Source: an uncultured Methanosarcinaceae archaeon (GTDB lineage Archaea > Halobacteriota > Methanosarcinia > Methanosarcinales > Methanosarcinaceae). From it: a stretch of DNA of 64,000 nucleotides. The notes below the pieces were generated by a model. It had not been told where the DNA came from. It did no database searches and was given only the letters and a program-made list of their open reading frames with translations. Below are positions 34,934-46,509 of this stretch, piece by piece. Location of the stretch: positions 404,578 to 468,577 of the forward strand of contig CAWHXP010000008.1 of assembly GCA_963833425.1 (NCBI GenBank), given 5' to 3'. A program made the translations under genes and the position numbers. The first letter of the stretch is position 1. Each line of letters opens with the position of its first letter.

Positions 34934-35299
34934 ATGTTGAAACAACCAGCTAGTAGAATGAAAAAGGAATTGGCGATTTTCATGGCAGTTCTTTTTGTAG
35001 TGTCTTTGACAGCAGTAACATCGAATGCAAAAAGCAATGGTAGCGATAATATTGTAGATGTTTCCATCCAAAAATTTGCTTTTAGCCCGACATCAGTCGA
35101 AATATCAGCAGGCGATACTGTAAGATGGACGAACATGGATCCAGTTGATCACACGGTAGCTGGGACTATTTTCATATCAGGCACAATATCCAAAGGACAA
35201 AGTTATGAATTTCTGTTTACCAAACCTGGAGTTTATAATTATGAATGTTCGATTCATCCTTCTATGAAAGGAACTATAACAGTTATAGCAAAGAAGTAA
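34934..35299 (+). CDS. Secreted plastocyanin/amicyanin-like blue copper protein
   Basis: Signal peptide, FSP..GDTVRWTN, H in DHTV, and CSIHPSM copper ligands. Confidence 0.9.
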   Translation: MLKQPASRMKKELAIFMAVLFVVSLTAVTSNAKSNGSDNIVDVSIQKFAFSPTSVEISAGDTVRWTNMDPVDHTVAGTIFISGTISKGQSYEFLFTKPGVYNYECSIHPSMKGTITVIAKK

Positions 35300-35547
35300 A
35301 AATTTAACAAAGGCGCATAGATAACTGAGATTCATATTGCAATTACTTTTGAGAACATTATGTTAAATTTTTTAAAAATTGCTATTTGCATCAATGTGCT
35401 GATTTTCGGTTTTATCTTGTCAGCTGATTGATATTTACATCATAGAATACTTATCATTTAACTGTGCTCGCTTTCGAAGCTCACCAAATAAAGAAAATCG
35501 AAAATTGCATCGAACAAAAAAAATACAATCGAAAAAACAAAAAGGAG

Positions 35548-36150
35548 ATGGTCATTGTGCGTAAGTTTTTCCTGATCATATGTTTGACTTTTTTAATTAT
35601 TAATGTAGCTTTAGTTTCAATTGATGCAGCACAAAAAAATTCATCAACACCTGTCGAGACACAAGAGCAAGCTTTTAGCATTGGACCAACAGTTACTTTT
35701 CAATCTTTTAATTCCGAAATTAATACAACTCAAAATGGAACTGTTGAACTCTTCCTAAAAAATCCAAGTCTCAATAATGTTACATTGGAAGTTGATATGA
35801 ATATCAGTGTTCCGTCTGACGTCCACATCTATTCAGAAGATGGTAGTATATCAGGTGGATTCGGTACTGTGAACGGACATTTTTCAGTGCTACCTGGATC
35901 AACAAAAACAGTCATTTTGCATATTATAGGAGAAAGAACTGGCACATTCTCTTTGCATTCCAACATAAATTATTGGCCAGATAAAAATAAAAATTACTTA
36001 AGCACAATAAGTCAGGATAGCTCATTTGAAGTTACCCAATTCTCAAATAGCACACAATCAATGCCGAGATCCAGTCATGATATACCTGGACTCGGAGTGG
36101 CAAGCTCGATACTTATATTAATAATGCTATGCATCTTGAGAAGAAAGTAA
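35548..36150 (+). CDS. Secreted surface protein with a PGF-CTERM-like sorting tail
   Basis: N-terminal signal and an Ig-like body with many NxS/T sites. It ends IPGLG plus a TM helix plus RRK. Confidence 0.75.
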   Translation: MVIVRKFFLIICLTFLIINVALVSIDAAQKNSSTPVETQEQAFSIGPTVTFQSFNSEINTTQNGTVELFLKNPSLNNVTLEVDMNISVPSDVHIYSEDGSISGGFGTVNGHFSVLPGSTKTVILHIIGERTGTFSLHSNINYWPDKNKNYLSTISQDSSFEVTQFSNSTQSMPRSSHDIPGLGVASSILILIMLCILRRK

Positions 36151-37100
36151 TATAGTGCCCATGAATTATAAGATTTTTAATCTCGTCTTGGATCTGGATC
36201 ACCTAAATTCAACACTACCACTCCTCATCAAAGGTACGTAATTGGGAAAATCATCATAAAGTTTGGATTTGCTTCCATAACCACATTTTTATTCTCATTT
36301 TGTCGATAATCCTACGGATACTCGTTTGTTGAAAGTGGATAGAAATGATATTCTACACTTAAAAAACTAATTATAGTCTGACTATTAGCATTGCTCTTTT
36401 CATTGACAGTGACTTCGAGAATATTTTTGCCTAAAAACTGAAAAAAATGCAGAATAGGCCGACCATGGAGATGGCAACTCTCAGAACGGTAGATCCAATG
36501 GCAGAATGATAACGAGAGCGTCTATAAAAATGACAGTACATCAGTGACAATGTTTCACAACTGTCCCCCGACAGACTGGCGGCTGCAACACTGAACACCA
36601 TGATAGGATACGCGGGGCAGTAACAATTGGAATGACTGTGGCTACGATGGTTGTTGGTGGCTATTCCATTCTTCCACTAATCATGGTTATGGAGTTGTCA
36701 ATAGATACAGTATTTCTTAATTAAACTGTGAAACAAGTTGCATGAAAACTATTTTAAATAAATAATTTGCCAGACCATCTCACATTTTATTTTTTGCTTC
36801 CTAGTTCCTCGTATGAAATTCACAAAATAGTTAGATCAAGTGATGATCCACCTAGCTCATGGTTGATTCAACAAGATTGGACTCTATATCCAACCGTTGT
36901 TTTGTCCGACTATAAAGCGCCTAGTATTTGTTACAGATCATCATGTACCGCTGTAGACCTATAAATCTGCCATAAAAAATAAACGTAATTGTTATTATAA
37001 AGTACAATGTTTAATATTTTGAATACTGTTTTAGGTGTAAAGTAAAGTACAATCACCATAGCAGTAAACTATATTATGGATTTGGGGAAACAATTCTATA

Positions 37101-37577
37101 ATGAATGAAAGAAGAGTAGAAAAAGGGCCTATACAACTAGATATAGGAATAGTTCTATCAAGCTTTGGAGGAAACTCCAGCCATGATAGGAATCAATTCC
37201 ATGGTCTTGTTTCCCTGTTTGGCATCGATTTTGGACTCTATGTTGGACCATCGTATAATCTTTTTGAGACTATAGGGCCCAGTGTTGGTATTGGTTTGCT
37301 CATAGGGGACAATGGTTTCCTGGCTGCAAAATTAGGCATCCATTTAAGAAGAACATTTGGTTTAGCTGTGCTGATTCCTATAGTTCCGATTTATGATGCT
37401 ACTGGAGCGAGCTTTTTAGCTGCATTGCCTGTTTCAGAAAGAACAAAAGTTGCGACAGCTATTCCATTTATATTAGTACCTGCAGCCCTTGCATACCAAG
37501 AAGAGATTAAAGGATTACGTAGACATGGAAGAGAAACTTTCGTTAAATTGAAGTCGTATATATCAGGGAAACTATGA
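37101..37577 (+). CDS. Hypothetical hydrophobic protein, possibly partial
   Basis: 158-aa ORF with no recognised family. Confidence 0.4.
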   Translation: MNERRVEKGPIQLDIGIVLSSFGGNSSHDRNQFHGLVSLFGIDFGLYVGPSYNLFETIGPSVGIGLLIGDNGFLAAKLGIHLRRTFGLAVLIPIVPIYDATGASFLAALPVSERTKVATAIPFILVPAALAYQEEIKGLRRHGRETFVKLKSYISGKL

Positions 37578-38559
37578 TCACCACAAATATAATGCAACAT
37601 TATTATTTATGATATGCATATATTATTTTGATTCTTAGATTGAATATGCTCACTATTAATGATATTGTTGATGCAATTTTGGTTTTAACGACAAAAAAGA
37701 GTCGACTAGACTTCGAATTCTATTATTCATTAGAAATGTTTTGGAAATCTTTTATTATTAAATGATCTTTATATTCGATTTTTTTTTATTTTTACTCTAA
37801 ATCATGCAAAGCAATGAAAATTTAATTTCATCGGAATTAATTCCATTCATCGTTGGTTAAGCTGCAATCATAAGAAACATTTCACTTCTACAGTTTTTTT
37901 TCTGAAAATCTATAAATGCAAATCAAGAAAAATAGATATCGCAGTAGTCATTTTAACGGTTAATAGATTCCTTAACCAAATATGGATGATTGTGATATGA
38001 AGATGACAGAGAAAAAAGATCGCTGTAAAAGAGAAGAGGAGATAAAAGACTCGCTGGAATCACAGCTTGAAGAAAAGTCTAGAAATCAAGTTCGTTCGGA
38101 TTATCGACGCAGCCTGGGTAATGAATATCGTAGAAGATATATGGAGTGATGCTATATGCTTGTTTTATATTTTTAGTTCTCTTTTATTTTCAGCTAACTT
38201 TATCTACAATTTTTGTAATTATTCATTTTGCGGAAAACAACATTACTAGCTATCTAATCTAAAATTTGATTGGGAAGTTTTTGAACTCATTTTTTTCTAA
38301 TTGTGGTTATTAATTTTATTTTCGTTTCAAATTGGTCACTAATTACACATTTTTGACAACTCAAAAAAAGTAAAAAAGTAATAAACATATGTAGCCCAAA
38401 AGAAACATGTTATGAAATGGAAGCAAAGAAAAATTAATGTCTACCAAATTATGTATCTATTTTGAAATCGAAGCACTAGCAGGATTAAACTCCAAAATTT
38501 CTAAACTAAAACATTTATAACTTACTCGTATATGCTTTATTTTGTCCCTCAAGTGCATA

Positions 38560-38690
38560 AGTCCTGAATGAATCAGCTTTAATCCACTCTTCTTCAGTGA
38601 GCTGGGAAAGTACGTTTTAGGTTCACTATGTCAACAATTTTCCCATCGCGCATAAGTGCGACGCGATCACATATCTCGTTTACAATTTTC
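38560..38690 (-). pseudogene. Isolated C-terminal fragment of an ABC ATPase resembling MCR component A2 (AtwA)
   Basis: VNEICDRVALMRDGKIVDI / SQLTEEEWIK. Confidence 0.55.
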
Positions 38691-39414
38691 GATGGATAAG
38701 TTGACAGTTTCAAGATCACAGAACGAAACTTCCCTGGATTCATAATAGGTGGCTTTTGGGAAGCAGGATACTCTGCGCTTAACTCGATTGACTATATATT
38801 ATACATAAGGGATTTATTATAAATATTTTGCTAATTGGTTATAGAATATTTCAATACTTTAACCTTAACAATGTCATTAATAATTAAAGTAAATACAAAA
38901 TACCATATATCACCAGCAGTACAATATTGTCGTCTATAGGTATCAGACCTGGTATTCCAAAGGTTGAGATGGCAAAAGTTACTACCATATCGACGCATAT
39001 AGCTGTCATGAAGTTTTGCTGGGAATAGACTCCCAAAAATAACCTTTCTCTCTCACCACAAATATCGTGAACTTACATCCGAAGATCTGTATGTTAAAGA
39101 CAAATGTTTGCAAGCCTGTGTTGCTAGTGAGTCAAAGGTGGTTCATCCCGATCTATAGCAGCTCTAAAGATTCTGCTACCATTAACATACCCAGCAGTAT
39201 GCAACCCTTGTCAACTACAATCTAAGAACTTGAAAAAATGGATTTATCAACAAGTAAATGCATCTTTTCGCTAATCATAAATGCAAATTTGAATGAAGGA
39301 CAGATGGAAAACACAGATATATGTGGAATACACCCCAGATACTTTCTTTCTTCTAAGTATTCGGTGGTTACACAACTCAAGTCGGCTTAATTAAATGTGA
39401 ATACTTATATTCAC

Positions 39415-39501
39415 GATAATTTCGATAAATTTCTGATTTTTACGAGTCATTTACTTACCACTTAGAAACATATAACAAAATTTGAGGATATCAAAATTAT
39501 C
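39415..39501. mobile_element. Degenerate ~90-bp MITE
   Basis: GATAATTTCGATAAATTTCTGATTTT..., alignable by eye to the 15801 and 41955 copies. Confidence 0.6.
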
Positions 39502-39515
39502 TACGTTTACTTTAA

Positions 39516-39968
39516 TCAATCTTGTGGTTCATATTTTTTCCTAACAACCATGACAGAAACCTTTGAGTGTCTGACCAGATTTTCTGCAACGCTGCCCAGT
39601 AGTATCCTGTATAGTCCTGTCTTTCCAAGAGTGCCCATTATTACAATATCCATTTCTTCCTCATCTGCATACTGGATCAACTCGTCTGAAGGATCTCCTT
39701 CAAGCAGGACAGATTCTACATTGATTCCTTTTACCTTTCCTAAGCCTTTTATATAACCTATAGCCTGTTCCCCTTGTTTTTTCAATGCTTCACGTATCAA
39801 TTCCCAACCTGCACCCCTAGAAGATAAGTAGGCTGTAGATATCACATAGACTGCATAAATAGTTCCTCCACTCAATCGCGCAAGCTCTAATACTTTGTCA
39901 ATAGCCAAGCTGGAGCAATCCGAGCCATCGGTTGCGATCATTATTTTCTTATAACCAATCTTTCTCAT
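39516..39968 (-). CDS. Universal stress protein
   Basis: IMIATDGS and GTLGKTG...LGSVAENLVRHS. Confidence 0.93.
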   Translation of the reverse strand: MRKIGYKKIMIATDGSDCSSLAIDKVLELARLSGGTIYAVYVISTAYLSSRGAGWELIREALKKQGEQAIGYIKGLGKVKGINVESVLLEGDPSDELIQYADEEEMDIVIMGTLGKTGLYRILLGSVAENLVRHSKVSVMVVRKKYEPQD

Positions 39969-40560
39969 GTAAAATCCTCAATTACATATTTTCTTGGAAG
40001 AAATATAATAACATTGGAATTTATAAAGTAAAAAATCAAGGAACTTTTTGATCTTCCCATATGGAGAAAGTAAGATCAGTTATTAAAAAAAGTTGCGATT
40101 AACTTAAAAATGACTCAACTTTCTATAGGTACACACAAAAATGTCATCAACTTTCTGCATTAGTTTTTGTGAACTGGATCATTACTTCGTTTATTGGAGT
40201 ATACAAGTTTTCAAAGATTTATGTCCCCCAGTAAATCAAAAAAGTATTAAAAAGACAAGGAAAGAAAATTGCAAAATGGGGAAGTAATAGTTGTCAGAGC
40301 TCACAAGGGATCAAAAAGAAATTATGGAGAAAATTGAATTTATGAGCTCAAAAAGGCGAAAGCTAAGAATTACTCAATCACAAGAATATTTTGAACAAAA
40401 ATTTTTCAAATATTAATTCAGAAGAGTATCAAAATTATTATCATTTGCAAAAAATGAATGGAAGTTTTCAAGTCGGTGATAAAAGTTTGATTCATTGAGT
40501 TAAAGACTAATTCGTGTAGTTAATGGCTATAATTAAACATTCAAAAATAATTTCTGTTTA

Positions 40561-41928
40561 TTATACTACATCGTATCCAGCGTTCTTCCATGCGGTCATG
40601 CCTCCAAGGACATTGCATACTTCACCATAGCCATTCTTTTTCAAAATTGAAGCTGCCAAACTAGCACTCCGAGCAGTGCCACAATAAACAATTACAGGCC
40701 AATCTTTTGGAACTTCATCCAGTTCCTCCTCCAAATGACCAACGTAGATTTGTTTAGCTTCATTGATATGTCCCTTATCCCATTTTCTCTTATCCCTCAC
40801 ATCGAGAATTACCATTTTCTCCCCTTTCTCCAACTTGTTTTTCAAATCACTAACGGATATGAGATTAAAATGATCTAGCGGTAGAGCTTTACTGTACCAG
40901 GCTGCAATTCCACCATTCAGTACACCAGCTATATTGTCATAACCCAATCTAATTAAATATTTAGCAGCAATCTCCAGCTGATCTTTGTCTTCCAGGACTA
41001 GAAGTATGGGTCTATTATAAGGAAGTGCCCAGCTGACAAAGGAGGGTATACCTCCTAACCAGACACTGTAAGTATCTTTTATATATGCTCCTCCAAAAGA
41101 ATATGGCATGCGTGTATCTATAACTACAGCTCCTTTTTCCATCTCTGCTTTGAATTTTTCTGGCGAAAGAAGCTCGGGAACTGGCAAGCTCTGCAATAGT
41201 GGAGGACCTTGCAGGTTATACTGCTCCATTTTTTTGAAGTAAGGCGGAAATTCAAGTTGCTCTTCAACCTTATATTTTACAAACTCCTCTTTCTCAGTTT
41301 TTTGAAGAATAGGATTCTGGACGCGTTCCAGTCCAAGGGTACTAAGCTCCCGTTTAGCGATAGTACCTCCACAAACTGAACCTTCACCATGTGCAGGACA
41401 GAGTATGACCTCATCTCCAAGAGGTAGTATTTTATTAAAAATACTGTCATACAAGTTTGATGCTAGTCTTGAAGCTTCCCCTGGACCATAGAGATCGGTC
41501 CTTCCTACGTCACCTATAAACAGAGCGTCTCCAGTGAAAACCATAATGGGATCTTGACCTGTATCAAGATCTACTAAAGTATAGGATGTACTTTCGTCTG
41601 TATGGCCCGGAGTAGGTAAAGCAGTTAGTTTCATTGAGCCAAAACGGAACTCTTGACCGTCACCGAGGTAATTTCCATATTCAAAATTCACACCATGCCC
41701 ATGATAAATTTCTGCATCTGTAAGAATTTTCAGTTCCAGGGAACCTATTACATAGTCCTCGTTCCTGTGAGTTTCAAAGATGTATTTTATCTTCATCTCT
41801 TCTCTTCGAGCAAGGTCAAAATAAACTTGACAATCCCTTCGAGGATCAATAACTAAGGCTTCATCCCCAGACCCAATGAAATAAGAAAGGTGAGCTAAAC
41901 CTTCAGATTTGATGCATTCGAATATCAT
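40561..41928 (-). CDS. MBL-fold hydrolase with two rhodanese domains
   Basis: ETHRNEDY, TPGHT, FTGDALF, PAHG, and rhodanese VYCGTARS and GGMTAW. Confidence 0.92.
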   Translation of the reverse strand: MIFECIKSEGLAHLSYFIGSGDEALVIDPRRDCQVYFDLARREEMKIKYIFETHRNEDYVIGSLELKILTDAEIYHGHGVNFEYGNYLGDGQEFRFGSMKLTALPTPGHTDESTSYTLVDLDTGQDPIMVFTGDALFIGDVGRTDLYGPGEASRLASNLYDSIFNKILPLGDEVILCPAHGEGSVCGGTIAKRELSTLGLERVQNPILQKTEKEEFVKYKVEEQLEFPPYFKKMEQYNLQGPPLLQSLPVPELLSPEKFKAEMEKGAVVIDTRMPYSFGGAYIKDTYSVWLGGIPSFVSWALPYNRPILLVLEDKDQLEIAAKYLIRLGYDNIAGVLNGGIAAWYSKALPLDHFNLISVSDLKNKLEKGEKMVILDVRDKRKWDKGHINEAKQIYVGHLEEELDEVPKDWPVIVYCGTARSASLAASILKKNGYGEVCNVLGGMTAWKNAGYDVV

Positions 41929-41954
41929 AGAAATTTCCTCTACAATCTCCTAAA

Positions 41955-42044
41955 GAGGATTTTCATAAACCCCCCCGATTTTGTCATGTGCGCATAAATG
42001 GTACGTAAATAACTTGTGAAAATCGGAGATTTATCGAAATCCTC
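41955..42044. mobile_element. 90-bp MITE with IS5-type ends
   Basis: GAGGATTTTCATAAAC ... ATTTATCGAAATCCTC. Confidence 0.85.
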
Positions 42045-42106
42045 TTAAAATGTTCAATGTGTAGGTGAACGAGCTGATATAAATATGTTTTAATAATATA
42101 TTTTAA

Positions 42107-42718
42107 TTATTTTTTAAAATTCTTAAAATGCTCATCGATTTTCTCCCAGTCGACTATATTCCAGAATGCATCTATGAATTTGCCCCTTTCATTCTTGTAG
42201 TCAATGTAGTAGGCGTGCTCCCATACGTCCAGAGCCATTAGAATCGGGAAACTTGGAATAATATTTACATTGTGCTTTTCTATCTGCATGATTCCGAGTC
42301 TTTTAGTACCCTTGCAGAAGGTTAATACTGCCCAACCGGAACCTTCAACACTTGATGCGACTTGGGTAAACTCCTTTTTAAACCTTTCAAAATTTCCAAA
42401 GTCTTCTTTGATCACTTCAGACAATTCGCCTATTGGCTCTTTGTTTGAATTTTTTGTAGGAGTCATCCCCCACCAAAAATAATTGTGAAGGGCATGTCCT
42501 CCCAAATTAAAAGCCAAAGCTTTCGTATTTGACTTGTAATCAAAATCAGTTCCTTCTGCCCTTGCTTTGTCCATCATTTGCAAAATCGAATTCGTATTGG
42601 TTACATACGCCTGATGATGTTTATCATGGTGTATTCGTAATTGTTCTTCGGAAATGAAAGGTTCCAAGTCTGCATATCCATATTTCAAATCTGGTAATTT
42701 GTATAACTCTTTAGCCAT
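42107..42718 (-). CDS. sod: Fe/Mn superoxide dismutase
   Basis: HHDKHHQAY, GGHALH and DVWEHAYY. The likely start is MAKELY after GAGG. Confidence 0.96.
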   Translation of the reverse strand: MAKELYKLPDLKYGYADLEPFISEEQLRIHHDKHHQAYVTNTNSILQMMDKARAEGTDFDYKSNTKALAFNLGGHALHNYFWWGMTPTKNSNKEPIGELSEVIKEDFGNFERFKKEFTQVASSVEGSGWAVLTFCKGTKRLGIMQIEKHNVNIIPSFPILMALDVWEHAYYIDYKNERGKFIDAFWNIVDWEKIDEHFKNFKK

Positions 42719-42866
42719 ATTATCTTCCTCTGTTAGAGAATAAAATTTCATAGAATTAGTCCAGAAATCTGGATCATAATGTTTCAATTTTAGAAGATTC
42801 TATTCACAAATCTTGCTACCAACTATCTTCAAGAGCTGAAGTTTCTATAGAAACTTCTATAGAAAC

Positions 42867-43871
42867 TTACATTCCAATAGCTTTATTCATTTTCTCAATT
42901 GATTTTGCGCCATCGCTTTCGAGTTCCATCATGGCCCTGATCGCATCCACGTTTTCTGGAACTACGATGGATTCCTGATGGATTGCTTGGAATAAGTTGA
43001 TCTTCTTCTCAATTACTGTTATGGATTCAGGCCAGATACAGTTCTCCCACATGTCATTTCTGGGGCGCTTTCCCTAACAATTTCAATTATTTCAACTGTT
43101 GAAGTAATCCCCTGTCCTACGAAATGTATCCTAGATTGGGAACCAAAAATTTTCTTGATATCTTCTGCAGTGCAGTCAGTATTAATTTCCATATTTACAG
43201 TATGCAGGTGCATGAGAGTTGTCGGAACAACCAGTGCTGCAGATGTAATATTGATTTGTGGGAGCACAGTCTTTACATCAGGTCCATGGTGGGACGGAAG
43301 TTTCACTGGGTGAAGCACAATTGCATTTACAGGTCACATTTTAATATCATTGGGGTCGATAGCCCTTCTTGCAATAGTTACCTTTACCTTATTTATTCCG
43401 AGTTCCTGGTTTATCGCTGAGATGACCCTGCAAAGCCCTTAAGTGTTACAGGAGACAACTCTTACCACATCTCGGCACAGCTCTCCATCGTAATTACTAA
43501 CTGCATTAAAGGAGAAACCTGCAATCTGATGACTATCACCTCCCTGCCAGATCGCCTTTATCCCGATTTGTTCATAGAGGGGCTTTTATTTGATTCCCCA
43601 ATTTTCCCTGGAGTGCGGTCCACAACCAGGTCAGATTTCTCTAGCATTTCTTCAATAGTCCCAGCTGCTGGCATCCCTGCCTTCTCGAAAGCTTCAATAT
43701 TCTCAACAGGCGCATATAATATCGTACCCTAGTTTATGGCTACTGCCGTCTCATAGTTAGGCTTTGTCTTGGAGATTCCAATAACTTCCATTCATCCTGA
43801 GCCCTAACAGCATCTGCAACTCTTTTTCCAATTGTTCCATAGCCATTTACTGCAATCCTTGCTTTAATCAT
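42867..43871 (-). pseudogene. gap: Archaeal type II glyceraldehyde-3-phosphate dehydrogenase with multiple frameshifts
   Basis: AVNGYGTIGKRVADAV, RVVSCNT, LPSHHGPDV and QAIHQESIVVPENVDAIRAM lie in different frames. Confidence 0.92.
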
Positions 43872-44350
43872 CTGCTACCCAGCCTGTCTAATTTTTGTAT
43901 CGTAGACTTATCCATTTGATGTCCGAATCAAGTACAATATATGTATAGGACAATATATGTATAGGGTCAAATTAGCTCATTAGACAATTAAAATTATTTA
44001 AAAAACATATAAAATCAATTGAACCGACATTCTGCAGATGTATATAGATTTAGAATTTATTTGCCTATTTGGCACTAATGTTCATTGAAAGTTATATCGA
44101 TTCTTGTGCCATTACCCTATTGAGAAAATAGATGGCATTTTGTGTACATCTATGGAAAGGGGAATAAAATTTAGCAAATTATTAAGACCATTCCAATTCG
44201 CGAGTCATTTATATATCATTTATAAGCATATGCCTAAATTTAGGAATTTCTCGAAATCCTCTTAATTATATTGATCTTCAGAGATTTAGTGCTATAAGCT
44301 TCAATTTTCTGCACTTTCTTTGTAAAGAAGCTTTTTCTTCAATCGCCATG

Positions 44351-44653
44351 TTACTCGATTTTTACATTTACTAATTTTTCTAAAGGCTTTTGGTAAGGTA
44401 CTGTAACTTTAAGTACACCGTTTGAGTATTTAGCAACTGCTTTTTCCGGGTTTACCGGGCAGCAGATCGAATAACTGTCCAGATACTGAACTCCCTCTTT
44501 ACTAGCAGCTACATAAAAACTATCTTCAGTAATCTTAAAAGAGATATTTTTCTTTTCGACTCCTGGAAGTTCTACTTCGATCAGGAAGTTTTCGTAATTG
44601 TCGTCAGGATACGCACAGATAATTGGTGATAATCTCAAAGTGTCTGCCATCAT
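44351..44653 (-). CDS. Hsp20/alpha-crystallin family protein
   Basis: ELPGVEKKNI and AKYSNGVLKVTVP. Confidence 0.9.
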   Translation of the reverse strand: MMADTLRLSPIICAYPDDNYENFLIEVELPGVEKKNISFKITEDSFYVAASKEGVQYLDSYSICCPVNPEKAVAKYSNGVLKVTVPYQKPLEKLVNVKIE

Positions 44654-44883
44654 ATTACCCCTAAAGATTCATATTTGATCAAGGAAGCCATTAACATTAA
44701 ATTGACTACTTCAGTCTATCTCTGCTTGCACTTACTCCGCAGTATATGCGAAAAGTGAATGTAGCAAAGTCACGATAGAACAAATAACCCTAACAATTTT
44801 AAATATCAAAATTTGAAATATCAAGGTGATAAACCTGGACACATACAAATTTCAATATTATTATCTTGTTAAACTTGTTTGCC

Positions 44884-45108
44884 TTATTTCATCATTTCCT
44901 TGACTTTTTGGATATCAGCCATAGCTTCTTTTTTTATCTCGATCATCTTTTCCATACCAGATATTTTCATTTCTAAAACTTTTATTATTTTATCCATCCT
45001 CATTACTGCAACTTTTTTCTTCTGTTCTACAGTCAGAAGTTCCCACATCTCCGCCATGACTGTCGCCATTATTGGACCTTTTCCTGCTAAGGAATGTTCT
45101 TCGCACAT
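44884..45108 (-). CDS. Small Met-rich coiled-coil protein
   Basis: 74-aa ORF with RBS AAGGAG and amphipathic composition. Confidence 0.7.
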   Translation of the reverse strand: MCEEHSLAGKGPIMATVMAEMWELLTVEQKKKVAVMRMDKIIKVLEMKISGMEKMIEIKKEAMADIQKVKEMMK

Positions 45109-46509
45109 GTTTAAAAATCTCCTTCATCGATAATATTCTCTAAATTTACACCTAAAGAACTAATTAAATATTTTGAGATCTTTTGATCTCCAGCTTCAAT
45201 AAATTGTTTATAAATATTGCATAAGCAATTTATTGCCACCAGATAATTACTACTTCTAGTTTTTATTTTAAATTAATGATACAAAATTTAGTTTCAGAAT
45301 AAAATTTACTTTCCAACAACATATTTTAAAACCAAACAACAATATTATATTAATGATATTTTTATTACATTCCAAAGACTTCGTAAATAATAAAAAAATA
45401 TTATTAATATTAATTGTTTTTTGATTGTGAAAAATCTTATACGGGATTATTTTTCGTTTAGAAACTATTTTTCGTACAATTAATTTAAAATAATTGCAAG
45501 CATAATTGTTTATTGTAGAGTAGACTGAATATATCAACAAAAGCGAGAAATAACTGGTAGATTACTGGTAGATTAAAACTGAATAGATTAGAGAGAAATA
45601 ACTAGTAGAGTAGAATTGCTTGGGAGTGCCAATTTCGAATTAAATATGCTGCTGGAGGTATCATATTCGAAATGACTATATCAGCGTAATATAGGAGGCA
45701 CAACTCTTCCAAGCTTTCCTCCATTCTATTTTAATGCATTTGATGTGGCAGCATGCATAATTTTACGCAAAATTGGTTCTCCAGCACTAATATCAGTTTT
45801 TGGTTAATGTTTTATTACCATTAAATACTTGTTTTCTGTTATCCAGTCTTTATTTATAACAGAAATTTCTTGGTTACCACAATTTTTTTCCCTGTGGGTA
45901 TCACGTCCAAATATTTCCAGTTAATTGCATCATATGTACATAAATGACATATAGTAACTAATGAAAATCTGAGTTTATCTAAGTCTTCTAGGCCTTTCTT
46001 GTTTGGAGTGTAGGAAATATTCTCTGTTTATGTTTGCATTCATTTGACCAAATAACACACAAATCAAAGCACTTATTTTTATTGAAAAGGCAAAGTTAAA
46101 CTCTAAAGTGAAAAATTCGGCAGCGCATTAAATTACATGGCCAATTAAAATAAAAAGAGGATGCCCCATATTGCACAAATGTAGAGATATTTTATGGTCA
46201 TGATTTTTCAATATTTCATGGCACAACCATAAATTTAATTTAAAGACAATAAATAGTTTCAAAGAATTCAACAATTGAAGATAGAATAACTAACCAAAAA
46301 TGAAATCTAAAAGAATTTTTAACTTTCATAGTTCCTTTTCAACAACTTTGTACACTACCAAAAAAATGTTATCTGAAATACTTAATTGTATACAGTTAAA
46401 TTGTCAGTATGGAACCTGACTCAAAGAGCAGACAATTAACGATTAAACAGATATTTAAATTGTGAGCAGAAACCAAATCAATTTGATTTAAGTTCCGTGT
46501 TATCTGATT

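Noticed and set aside
42718..42787. N-terminal extension of SOD in the ORF track
   Set aside because: The RBS and family homology favour the start at 42718.
45543..45612. Short repeats ACTGGTAGATT x2 and GAGAAATAACT(G/A)GTAGA x2
   Set aside because: Too few and irregular, and consistent with local slippage duplication.
45740..46360. Possible IS1-like remnant with a CACTACC end
   Set aside because: Too degraded to assign without a search.
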